Shown here in pieces: positions 25,597 through 34,652 of a stretch of DNA of 45,878 bases. The DNA comes from Candidatus Gastranaerophilales bacterium (GTDB lineage: Bacteria; Cyanobacteriota; Vampirovibrionia; Gastranaerophilales; UBA9971), in assembly GCA_028278305.1 (NCBI GenBank), contig JANQEP010000140.1, positions 1 through 45,878 of the forward strand. Reading direction: 5' to 3'. A program made the translations under genes and the position numbers. Every line of letters starts with the position of its first letter. The first letter of the stretch is position 1. The notes beneath the pieces were generated by a model that saw only the letters and a list, made by a program, of their open reading frames with translations, was not told where the DNA came from and made no database searches.

Positions 25597-26616
25597 ATGA
25601 GCAGTCCAAATATTGCTATACTTGGTGCAACAGGAGTTGTGGGACAGGAAATTTTAAAAATTCTTGATGAAAAAAATTTCCCGTTTAATGAAATTAAATT
25701 TTTAGCCAGTGCAAGAAGTGCAGGCAATCAAATAGAATTTAAAGGCAAGATATATACTGTTGAAGAAGCCAAGCCGGAGGCGTTTGAAGGTTTAAATATA
25801 GTTCTTGCATCTGCCGGAGGAGCTACAAGCAAAGCTCTGGCAGAAGAAATTATTAAAAAAGGAGCTGTAATGGTTGATAATTCAAGCGCATTCAGGATGG
25901 AACCCGAAGTTCCGCTTGTTATTGCCGGGGTTAATGATGATGATTTGAAAAAACACAAAGGTATAATCGCAAACCCGAACTGTTCAACCTCGCAATTAAT
26001 GCTGCCTTTAAAACCGCTTCATGACTATGCAAACATCAAACGGATGATAGTAAGCACTTATCAATCAGTTAGCGGTGCAGGAAAAGACGCTATAGACGAC
26101 CTTATAGAAGGTACAAAAGCATATTTAAATAACGAACAATATGATCCAAAAAAGTTTAAAGACTACCTGATTTCTTTTAACCTTATTCCTCATATAGATT
26201 CTTTTGTAGATTATGACTATACAAAAGAGGAGATGAAAGTGGTAAACGAAACCAGAAAGATTCTTCACCTCTCAAAAGACGTGAGAATCTCCTGTACCGC
26301 AGTGCGAGTTCCGGTACATACCAGTCATTCGGAATCTGTAAGTGTAGAATTTGAAAAAGAAATCACACCGGAAAAAGCCAGGGAAATTCTCTCTTCTGCT
26401 TACGGCGTGGAAGTTGTCGATGATGTCGCAAATTTAAAATACCCGACACCAATTGAAGCCGCGGGAAAAGACCCGGTTTATGTAGGCAGGATAAGAAAAG
26501 AGCTTGCCCTTGATAATGGACTTGCAATGTGGGTAGTAGCTGACAATTTAAGAATAGGCGCAGCTCTTAATACCGTAAGAATTGCGGAAAAACTTGTTGA
26601 AATGAACTTATTTTAA
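25597..26616 (+). CDS. asd: Aspartate-semialdehyde dehydrogenase
   Basis: It has GATGVVGQ at the N-terminus and the active-site motif IANPNCSTSQL. The length (339 aa) is typical. Confidence 0.93.
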   Translation: MSSPNIAILGATGVVGQEILKILDEKNFPFNEIKFLASARSAGNQIEFKGKIYTVEEAKPEAFEGLNIVLASAGGATSKALAEEIIKKGAVMVDNSSAFRMEPEVPLVIAGVNDDDLKKHKGIIANPNCSTSQLMLPLKPLHDYANIKRMIVSTYQSVSGAGKDAIDDLIEGTKAYLNNEQYDPKKFKDYLISFNLIPHIDSFVDYDYTKEEMKVVNETRKILHLSKDVRISCTAVRVPVHTSHSESVSVEFEKEITPEKAREILSSAYGVEVVDDVANLKYPTPIEAAGKDPVYVGRIRKELALDNGLAMWVVADNLRIGAALNTVRIAEKLVEMNLF

Positions 26617-26640
26617 ATTATAGCTAACTCGTCATTGGGG

Positions 26641-26662
26641 TTAAATAACTCGAGTTATTTAA
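26641..26662. repeat. Perfect 22-bp palindrome between convergent genes (possible bidirectional terminator or binding site)
   Basis: TTAAATAACTC|GAGTTATTTAA is centred on AACTCGAGTT. It lies 25 nt after the asd stop and 3 nt before the stop of the convergent TPR/NHL gene. Confidence 0.6.
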
Positions 26663-26664
26663 AA

Positions 26665-27579
26665 TTAATTTTTCCAGATTAATTTATGTTTTGATACAGT
26701 GTTATTTGCCTGTTCGCTTACATAGAGAATACCTGAATCATCAACCATCAAAAAGTAAGGCTTTTTAACGTTTATGGGAAGTATTTTAGGCGCCTTGCCT
26801 GATGCCGGTAAAAGAACAATTTCATCGGAGTCGTAATTTGCGACATAGAGGTTATTATATTTATCTATCGCAAGACCTATAGGTCCTTTTATAAGTCCTT
26901 TTCTTGCAATAACTTTCTGTTCGCCGTCATTACTTATGTAAATAATGGAATTCTCGCTGAAATCAGCTACATAAATATTTCCTTCACTGTCTTTAGCTAT
27001 ACCTGTAGGCGCTTTAATCTCTGAAATATTATTTTCCAGGGTTTCGCAGGAATCCGGTCCGTTTAGTTTTTTTTCTACATCTTCTTTAGTTTCTTCTTTA
27101 GTTTCCTCGATATCATCTTTTCGACTTACTGAAAATATATTTTCCCCGGGATCAGACATAAACTCGACTATTCTCTTAAAATGAGGATCTTCAGGGGGAA
27201 TCTGTTTTATATAAACTTCTGCCTGTTCCAGATTCTCTGTTGTATAATGCAGAGTTGCAAGTTTATAAATAATTTCATAATCTTCAGGTTTGTATTTATG
27301 TGCTTTTTCGAAAACTTCTATTGCTTTTTCTCTATTACCCCGAAATTCCTCTAAAATTCCGAGATTATAGTAAGCATCAACAAATTCAGGTTCTTTTTCT
27401 ATTGCTTTTTGAAAGTGAACTATTGCTTTTTTATACTTTTCCCTGCTTGTCATTTCAATACCCTTGTTATAAGAGTTAATTGCGTCCTGACTGAACGCAT
27501 AACAAGGAAACTGGAGCATAAACGTAAAAATTGTCCCCACAAAAAATATTTTGCTAAATTTATAGATACAATGTTTCAT
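26665..27579 (-). CDS. Secreted TPR-repeat plus NHL-repeat (beta-propeller) protein
   Basis: A signal peptide is followed by TPR-like helices (AINSYNKGIE...YYNLGILEEFRGNREKAIEVFEKA) and then NHL-like blades (GIAKDSEGNIYVADFSENSIIYI, PIGLAIDKYNNLYVANYDSDEIVLL, DDSGILYVSEQANNTV). Confidence 0.6.
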   Translation of the reverse strand: MKHCIYKFSKIFFVGTIFTFMLQFPCYAFSQDAINSYNKGIEMTSREKYKKAIVHFQKAIEKEPEFVDAYYNLGILEEFRGNREKAIEVFEKAHKYKPEDYEIIYKLATLHYTTENLEQAEVYIKQIPPEDPHFKRIVEFMSDPGENIFSVSRKDDIEETKEETKEDVEKKLNGPDSCETLENNISEIKAPTGIAKDSEGNIYVADFSENSIIYISNDGEQKVIARKGLIKGPIGLAIDKYNNLYVANYDSDEIVLLPASGKAPKILPINVKKPYFLMVDDSGILYVSEQANNTVSKHKLIWKN

Positions 27580-27659
27580 AATAACTCAACTCCTCAATTC
27601 TAAATATTTTTAACATACTTTTTTATATAACGAAAAAAATTAAAAATTATAAATAGAAA

Positions 27660-27717
27660 CCCGGGCAGGTGCTATGTACTATTTAACAATAATTGCCGCC
27701 TGCCCGGGTCGGGCAGG
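27660..27717 (+). promoter_or_regulatory. GC-rich three-segment alternative-hairpin element in a divergent intergenic region
   Basis: CCCGGGCAGG (27660-27669), CCTGCCCGGG (27699-27708) and CGGGCAGG (27710-27717). The middle segment can pair with either flanking segment, but not both at once. Confidence 0.4.
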
Positions 27718-27816
27718 TAAGTTGGTTAGCAGTTCTTACAATGCAGTAGTTGGAGTTATATCTGTATTTGTGTTAAAAAAAGATATGGTTTTATAAACCC
27801 AAAAGGATATGAAAAC

Positions 27817-28665
27817 TTGCTGACAGGACCTTTTTTACCCAGAAGCTGGCTGGGTTCAGTTAATGAAATCGAAAAAGCTGATTGCATAATGGTCGGACTT
27901 CCCTATGACGGAACCTGCTCTTTCAGACCCGGAACCCGCTTTGCGCCGCAAGAAATACGACTTGCGTCACAGGGAATTGAAACATATTCCCCGATTTTAG
28001 GTAAAGACCTCTCGGAATCTAAATTCTACGATGCAGGAGAACTTGAGTTTCAGCCTGCAAATAAAGAAGATACTTTATTTAAAATTGAAAGAGCAGCCAG
28101 GGAAGTTTTTTTCGAAAACAAAAAATGGCTTGGAGTTGGAGGTGAACATCTTATAACTTTACCTGCGGTTAAGGCATGCTTTGAAAAGCATCCTGACGTG
28201 GCAATAATACAGTTTGATGCTCATGCAGACTTAATTAAAGACTATATGGGTGAAAAACTTTCTCATGCTACTGTTATAAGAAGGATTTCAGAGTTTATAA
28301 ACCCGAAAAATATAATTCAGACAGGAATAAGATCAGGTACAAAAGAAGAGTTTCAATGGATTATGAAGAATAAAACTCTGTTTAATTCTGATGAAGAGTT
28401 TATAAACAGGATTAAAAATTTGAACGATACTCCGGTGTATTTAACTATAGACCTTGATGTTCTTGATCCTTCAGTCCTGAAAGGAACCGGTACACCTGAG
28501 CCTGGAGGAATGAGTTTTAAAGAGCTGGCTGGCAGGTTTATTGCACTAAAAAATCTTAATATAGTAGGTGCGGATATAGTTGAACTTTCACCTCATTATG
28601 ATCCTTCAGGGGTTTCAACTATAACAGCAGCAAAGGTTATAAGGGAAGTTTTATTAAGTCTGTAA
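27817..28665 (+). CDS. speB: Agmatinase (arginase/ureohydrolase family)
   Basis: Mn-binding motifs GGEHLIT, FDAHADL and DLDVLDP are present. It has a TTG start with AAAAGGA upstream and is 282 aa long. Confidence 0.85.
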   Translation: MLTGPFLPRSWLGSVNEIEKADCIMVGLPYDGTCSFRPGTRFAPQEIRLASQGIETYSPILGKDLSESKFYDAGELEFQPANKEDTLFKIERAAREVFFENKKWLGVGGEHLITLPAVKACFEKHPDVAIIQFDAHADLIKDYMGEKLSHATVIRRISEFINPKNIIQTGIRSGTKEEFQWIMKNKTLFNSDEEFINRIKNLNDTPVYLTIDLDVLDPSVLKGTGTPEPGGMSFKELAGRFIALKNLNIVGADIVELSPHYDPSGVSTITAAKVIREVLLSL

Positions 28666-28725
28666 TAAGAAATATAATATTGCCGGGTAGCTTTAAAAGA
28701 TAAATTGCTTTTGAAATTACTTCTT

Positions 28726-29901
28726 CTATCGATTTACATCGAAAATATTTATATCATCAGGAAGTTTTGATATATTAACCGGGACTTCCATAAATTTTTT
28801 CTCTCTTAAAATCCGGAAATTAAGAATTTCACCTATAGAAGCCGATGAAACAAGGTTTCTCAGATGACTTTTGTCTTTCAGCCCTATGCCGTTAACTGAA
28901 ACCAGTACATCTTCTTTTTTAAGTCCGGAAATACTTGCAGGGCTGCCCTTTACTACATCTACTACCAGTAACCCCCTGCTAATCCTAAACCCCGGAAATT
29001 CAGGGAGTCCGTAATTCATGTTTTGTACGGCTATTCCAATCCAGCCCCTTTCAACTTTTCCTTTTTGCAAAATTTCATTAAACACTTTCAGGGCTATATT
29101 GGATGGAACAGCAAAGCTTATTCCCTCATATCCCCCGCTTTTTGTAAGTATAGCAGTGTTAATCCCGATAAGCTCCCCCCGGATATCAACCAGTGCGCCG
29201 CCAGAATTGCCGGGATTTATTGCAGCATCGGTCTGGATAAAGTCTTCATAGTCAACGATTCCTATATTTGATCTTCCGGTTGCGCTTATAATACCCATAG
29301 TCACGCTTTCACCTATACCAAAAGGATTTCCGATAGCAAGGACCACATCACCTATTCTTACATTTGCAGAATCCCCGAATTTCATATAAGGCAGATTTTT
29401 TTCATCTATCTTAATGACCGCAAGATCTGTTTTAGGATCCGTTCCTATTATTTTTGCCCGGTAACTTTTTTCTGCACCGAGCTCAACACGTATTTTTCCC
29501 GGAAAACTTTCCACAACATGGTTATTTGTAAGTATATAACCGTCAGAAGTCACGATTACTCCCGAACCCAGGCTTTGATAATGTTTTCGGAAAGGCTTGT
29601 ATACGTTAAAACCAAATTGCCTGTGTTTTAGGGTTCGCCTGTATGAAAGCTTTTTATCCAGGGCAATATGTACTATTGAAGGAGTTGCCTTGCTTGCAGC
29701 AGAAGGCATCATGTCAAATTTACTGATTATATGATAAATTTCCCTGTTATTAGGCGTTACAGAAAAATTTTGTTCTTTTTTAAGAGAATCTGTATTTCTC
29801 AACAGCCCGTTTATGGTTACTATAAGAGCAATAATAACTATAGCTATGACAATATAGAAGATTTTTCTTCTTTTTACTTTATCAAACAAAATCCACTCCA
29901 T
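28726..29901 (-). CDS. HtrA/DegP-family serine protease with one PDZ domain
   Basis: It has an N-terminal TM segment, the His (TNNHVV) and Asp (DLAVIK) regions, the catalytic-Ser motif (GNSGGALV) and a C-terminal PDZ-like segment. Its start overlaps the upstream PBP stop (TAATG). Confidence 0.9.
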   Translation of the reverse strand: MEWILFDKVKRRKIFYIVIAIVIIALIVTINGLLRNTDSLKKEQNFSVTPNNREIYHIISKFDMMPSAASKATPSIVHIALDKKLSYRRTLKHRQFGFNVYKPFRKHYQSLGSGVIVTSDGYILTNNHVVESFPGKIRVELGAEKSYRAKIIGTDPKTDLAVIKIDEKNLPYMKFGDSANVRIGDVVLAIGNPFGIGESVTMGIISATGRSNIGIVDYEDFIQTDAAINPGNSGGALVDIRGELIGINTAILTKSGGYEGISFAVPSNIALKVFNEILQKGKVERGWIGIAVQNMNYGLPEFPGFRISRGLLVVDVVKGSPASISGLKKEDVLVSVNGIGLKDKSHLRNLVSSASIGEILNFRILREKKFMEVPVNISKLPDDINIFDVNR

Positions 29902-32132
29902 TATCTGCGGTTTTGATTATATCTATATCCGGGTCTTACAGCGGGTCTTGGAGGTCTGTACATAGGTCTGGGCTGGTAACCGTAACGATTATAGTTTCTG
30001 TAGTTATAATTTCTATAAGTATTTTGCGGCTGCTGAACCTGTGGATACCGGTTTTGTTGAGGCTGAGCAGGTTTGGTTCTATAATATGGACGGGAATATC
30101 TTTTCTTCACAGACTTTCTTGTATTTGGTTTAATCCCGGGTCGTATCTTTTGCCCGGGTGTATAATTTCTTGGCGGAGTTATAACAGGTCTGTCGTAGAG
30201 CTCTTTATCATCTTTTTTCTTTTTCTGAGTCTCAGGCTCAGGAAGCTTGAAAGGCTCGGGAGGTATGTTGTTTTTTGCATAATATTCCTTGCTGAAATTT
30301 TTCCATAACCTTGCGCAATTACTGCTCCATATTCCCCTTAGAGACTGGTTTTCATCGTTTCCAAGCCAGATAGTCGTCACTGTATCAGGTGTGAAGCCGT
30401 TAAACCATACATCTTTGAAATCGTCAGTTGTTCCGGTTTTCCCGGCAACAACCCTGTTTTTTAATTTTGCCTGTCTACCGGTTCCTCTTTCTACAACATC
30501 TACAAGTATAGAAATCAGCAGTCTTACATATTTAGAATCCACAACTCTCACAGGCTGTCTTTTATTTGACTCAAGAAGATTTCCTTTACTATCAATTACG
30601 CTTCTTATGGCGGTAGGTTCAAGATAAATTCCATCCCTGGCAATGGTTGAATACGCTGTGGCGACTTCAAGAGGTGTAATACCTGCTGATCCCAGGACTA
30701 TAGAATATCCGCGATCCATATGGCTTCTTATTCCAAGAAGCCTGGCTGTTTCAATTACCTTATTCAGTCCGGCTTCAAGGGCTATTCTAACAGTCGGGGT
30801 GTTTCTTGAAAGAGTAAGAGCTTTTCTTACGGTCATTCTGCCCATATACCTGCCATCCCAGTTATGGGGACACCATACGTTCCACTTTGTACGGTAAGCA
30901 ATAGGGGCATCAACAACATATGATTTGGGAGTTATTAATCCTAACCTGAACCCTGTCAGATAAACTATAGGCTTAAACCCTGACCCTGTAGCTCTTTTAG
31001 CTAGGGTTGCACGATTAAACTGGCTTCCTTCATAATTAACTCCGCCCACAATTGCTTTAATATAACCGGTTTTAACATCTATGGATACCAGTGCGCCTTC
31101 TCTGACCATTGCATATTTAGGCAGTTTTTTAACTCCTTCTACAATTGTTTTATCCGCTATCTCCTGAACCTGCGGATCAAGTGTGGTATAGACTTTAAGC
31201 CCGCCTTTTTTAACCAGGCTCTCCCCATAGCGCTGTCTGAGAAGGTATAGAACATGGTCTATGAAATACTGGTATTTTGAAAAGGGAATTTCTCGAGGTT
31301 CCAGTTTGATCTCTTTTTTAAGTGCATTTTCCTTTTGTTCTTCAGTTATAAAGCCGTATTTAGACATTCTTTGCAGAACAAGTTTCTGGCGTTCCCGGGC
31401 TTTTTCATAATTCGAATACGGAGAAAACATTTCCGGGGCTTTGATAAGGGCTGCAAGCAGGGAAGATTCAGCTAAATCAAGATCTTTTGCGTTTTTATCA
31501 AAGTATCTTTGCGCAGCCCTTTCAATTCCATATGACCTGTTTCCCAGGTAAATCAGGTTCATATATTTTTCAATAATTTTTTTCTTGCTGAATTTATTTT
31601 CAATTCTCGAAGCAAGCAATGCTTCGAGAAATTTTCTCTCCAGGGATTTTTTCGGTATTAAATACCAGTTTTTTGCAAGCTGCTGGGTTATGGTACTACC
31701 GCCCTGAATGGATGAAGCGCCTGTTAAATTGTTTAAAAACGCCCTGATTGTTCCTTTCAGGTCTATTCCGCTATGGTTATAGTATCGTATATCTTCAATA
31801 GCTATTACTGCCCGGACAAAATAAGGAGAAATCCCCTCAATCGGAACATAAACCCGGTCTTCATCAGCAGTGACTTCAGCTACCAGCTTGTCGTTAATAT
31901 CAAATATCTGACTGGACTGCTCCGGTTCAATGGTTTTGATGAAACTTATATCAGGCAAGCCTGAGGCAAGTTTTATAATAAAAAAGCTAAACAATAAGCT
32001 CATTATAAAAATAATAAACTGGGTATAAAACACTGTTTTTTTCAAAGCCAGTTTAATAATATTTTCCCGGTCAATCTCTGACTGTGTGGTCAGATCAACC
32101 AGGTTCAGTTTATTTATAGGTTTTTTATCCAT
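29901..32132 (-). CDS. Class A penicillin-binding protein (transglycosylase/transpeptidase) with Y/R/N/P/Q-rich C-terminal tail
   Basis: GT51 motifs (IEDIRYYNHSGID, GSTITQQLAKN) and transpeptidase motifs (SGFK, SRN, KTGTT) are present, with an N-terminal TM anchor. Confidence 0.92.
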   Translation of the reverse strand: MDKKPINKLNLVDLTTQSEIDRENIIKLALKKTVFYTQFIIFIMSLLFSFFIIKLASGLPDISFIKTIEPEQSSQIFDINDKLVAEVTADEDRVYVPIEGISPYFVRAVIAIEDIRYYNHSGIDLKGTIRAFLNNLTGASSIQGGSTITQQLAKNWYLIPKKSLERKFLEALLASRIENKFSKKKIIEKYMNLIYLGNRSYGIERAAQRYFDKNAKDLDLAESSLLAALIKAPEMFSPYSNYEKARERQKLVLQRMSKYGFITEEQKENALKKEIKLEPREIPFSKYQYFIDHVLYLLRQRYGESLVKKGGLKVYTTLDPQVQEIADKTIVEGVKKLPKYAMVREGALVSIDVKTGYIKAIVGGVNYEGSQFNRATLAKRATGSGFKPIVYLTGFRLGLITPKSYVVDAPIAYRTKWNVWCPHNWDGRYMGRMTVRKALTLSRNTPTVRIALEAGLNKVIETARLLGIRSHMDRGYSIVLGSAGITPLEVATAYSTIARDGIYLEPTAIRSVIDSKGNLLESNKRQPVRVVDSKYVRLLISILVDVVERGTGRQAKLKNRVVAGKTGTTDDFKDVWFNGFTPDTVTTIWLGNDENQSLRGIWSSNCARLWKNFSKEYYAKNNIPPEPFKLPEPETQKKKKDDKELYDRPVITPPRNYTPGQKIRPGIKPNTRKSVKKRYSRPYYRTKPAQPQQNRYPQVQQPQNTYRNYNYRNYNRYGYQPRPMYRPPRPAVRPGYRYNQNRR

Positions 32133-32277
32133 TTGTTTTTATCCTGCCTGATTTTCAAAATATTTCCCAACAGTAAAATATAAAATTTCTATCTTAAAAT
32201 TGTACAAATAGATAAACAACAAATAATGAACCTGTCTTACATACCAGGCAGGCTATTTTTTAATAAGAAAGTAAGGG

Positions 32278-33759
32278 TTAAAGTAAATTTATCTCAACTT
32301 CAAAAGTCCTGCCCCATGGGAAGCTAACCACCACTCTATCCGAATTAATCCCAAATTCAGAAGCTATTCGCTCTATAAGGGGAATTAATTCTTTATTCAG
32401 AAGCACTTCATCTGCCTGATCAGAAGCAGCTCTTATTACCTGCCTGGCAATACCCTGGTATGCCCAGTCATCTGCAAATCTTACAAACATAAGCCTGTTA
32501 AAATTTTCTTGCCGGAAATTCCCCTGTTTCTCGGCGATATAACGGCAAATTCCGGTTGCCAGCACGGAACCTATGGAATTAGCAGCGGTATTCCAGGCGG
32601 CATAACCATATAATTTTTTTAAATCAATGTTTTCAAGGAATAATCTTTCTGCGAGAAGATTATCAGATCCGTTTGCATTGCGCACATCAGCCAGCATTAT
32701 CGGTTTATCATTGTTTTTGATGAACTCAAGACAAAAATTGACAGCCTGCGTATTTTCAGGTTCTAAAAACACCTGTAGCGCCAGGTCATTTTGTTTTTCA
32801 TCAGGTGTATGTAAGAGAATCAGCATATCAGCCTCAATTTTTGACTGCGCGGGTTTCACACCGCATATATTAAAATGTTTTTCAACAGATTTGCTCAAAG
32901 GCTGGTCTTCATAGCAGGGAACCGCATCTGCACCTGTCAGTGTAGAAAATAAAGGAAATACAGAAATTTTTTCGCGAAAAATTTCTGTTATTGCCCGTGT
33001 AACAAGCATTGTGATAATTTCATCAGAACCTGTATGAAGAACAGCTTTTTTCTCAAGGTTTTTACTGTTTATTTCTCCCTGCAGTAATTCAGCTTCCTGA
33101 ATATTTAAACCGACAGTTGCCGTGTCATCTTTTCCATAGACCAGAAAGTCAAAAGTATTCTCTTTCAGCCGGTTTAAATATGTTTTATTTACAAAAAATC
33201 TTCTTTGCCTTATTTTCAGGTAATTGACAATTACCTGAAGCGGAATCAGGCTTTTAACTTCTTGAAATTCAGCTTTTAGCTCTGAATTATCAGGATTAAG
33301 TTCCTGTTTATGTCTTAGGCAGGAGTATTTAAAGATTAATTTTCCGTATTTATCCCAGTAAGTCTTTTCTTCTTCATTATCGTTGCTGTTTGAAATTCTC
33401 ATTATGCTGCTAAAGGCAAAAACCCTGCTTTTCAGGGGCTCTATTATTTTTCTAAATTTCCGCAGTCTTGAGAATATGACTTCCTGCTGATCTTCACACC
33501 GTCTTGAAGGGATTAACCCCCCGTATGCAATTGTATCAAGCGCGCATATTATAAAATCCGTTTTATTTTGCAGTACCACTTTTTCCAGCCATAAAAGGAT
33601 CTTTTCAATACCGGCAGAGGTTTTTAAGCCGCCCATAAACTCCCTGGGCGGCAGGATGATATTGATTCCTACATTTAAAGCGCCCACTGAATCCGCAAGT
33701 GTATAGTTAACCGGTCTGTTATCCACCGGAATTACAACTATATTTGATTTATTATTCAT
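32278..33759 (-). CDS. DUF4127-like uncharacterised protein
   Basis: The N-terminal motif IPVDNRPVNY and DTIAYGGLIPSR resemble what I recall of DUF4127 proteins. I recognised no catalytic motif. It overlaps the upstream ORF by 8 nt. Confidence 0.5.
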   Translation of the reverse strand: MNNKSNIVVIPVDNRPVNYTLADSVGALNVGINIILPPREFMGGLKTSAGIEKILLWLEKVVLQNKTDFIICALDTIAYGGLIPSRRCEDQQEVIFSRLRKFRKIIEPLKSRVFAFSSIMRISNSNDNEEEKTYWDKYGKLIFKYSCLRHKQELNPDNSELKAEFQEVKSLIPLQVIVNYLKIRQRRFFVNKTYLNRLKENTFDFLVYGKDDTATVGLNIQEAELLQGEINSKNLEKKAVLHTGSDEIITMLVTRAITEIFREKISVFPLFSTLTGADAVPCYEDQPLSKSVEKHFNICGVKPAQSKIEADMLILLHTPDEKQNDLALQVFLEPENTQAVNFCLEFIKNNDKPIMLADVRNANGSDNLLAERLFLENIDLKKLYGYAAWNTAANSIGSVLATGICRYIAEKQGNFRQENFNRLMFVRFADDWAYQGIARQVIRAASDQADEVLLNKELIPLIERIASEFGINSDRVVVSFPWGRTFEVEINLL

Positions 33760-34432
33760 TTATTTTCTGTTCTTTTTTTATATCAGGAGATCTTAAGTTT
33801 CTGAGCATCAGCGGCTTGTTATGATAATACATATCATCGTTATAGAGGTAATCTTTTTCAGAAGATTTCTGACTTGAAAGCGCTTCCATTGTTCTTGAAA
33901 CATCACCCATTCCTCCTATTCCCGGACCTATAAGCGGTAAGGAATGTTTTTCAGGTTTTTTTTCTATTGAAATAGCATTATAACTTGTTTCGATCCCGCT
34001 TGCACCCATAATCCTGGCTTTTTTAACGTCACTTAAATCATCTGTTTTCCAAACCAGAGCTTCGAAATAAATGATTGCTCCGACAAGGTCTTCCCGCTCA
34101 GGTATTTCCAGATCCAGTTTAGCTATTCCTTTTTCTCCTATTACACCTTCTATTTTGTCTATTATGTTTCCCAGCCTTAAATGCTGTCCGTAATAAGGCT
34201 TTGCTCCCTCATTTTCTGCTGAAAACACTATTATTACATATGTTCCGGGATCGCCTTTAACTGTAAATTCCGTTTTATCACCTATTAACAGCCTTGAAGG
34301 TTTATATATTTCTGCCATTGGCGGTTTTATACGAGGGTTATCCCTTGCCGAGCTTATGTCAATTACCTGTGCGAATCCGGGAAGGGAAAAAATATTTAAA
34401 ATTAATAGTGTATAAATAATTTTTTTTAACAT
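33752..34432 (-). CDS. Secreted hypothetical protein
   Basis: 226-aa ORF with a signal peptide (MLKKIIYTLLILNIFSLPGFAQ). It is translationally coupled to the downstream DUF4127-like gene. I recognised no family. Confidence 0.55.
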   Translation of the reverse strand: MLKKIIYTLLILNIFSLPGFAQVIDISSARDNPRIKPPMAEIYKPSRLLIGDKTEFTVKGDPGTYVIIVFSAENEGAKPYYGQHLRLGNIIDKIEGVIGEKGIAKLDLEIPEREDLVGAIIYFEALVWKTDDLSDVKKARIMGASGIETSYNAISIEKKPEKHSLPLIGPGIGGMGDVSRTMEALSSQKSSEKDYLYNDDMYYHNKPLMLRNLRSPDIKKEQKINE

Positions 34433-34463
34433 TGCTTATAATCCCTTTTTTTATTTTTATCTA

Positions 34464-34515
34464 TTTTGTCAACTTACCGGACTTTTTGTCAATAAATTAT
34501 TTAAAAAGTTAATAT
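34464..34515 (+). promoter_or_regulatory. Two TTTTGTCAA direct repeats 20 nt apart plus a sigma-70-like promoter candidate
   Basis: TTTTGTCAA occurs at 34464-34472 and 34484-34492. TTGTCA (34486-34491), an 18-nt spacer and TAATAT (34510-34515) point toward the 34653 gene. Confidence 0.3.
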
Positions 34516-34652
34516 CCTGTATAAAATCATCTAAGAATTTTTTCTTTATTCCTTATTTAAAACAAGAAATAATAAAAATTTTCTGAAAGAAAGCAATTTT
34601 TATTATTTATAAACATTATATAATAAGAATAAACAAAAAATTATAGTGTGAG

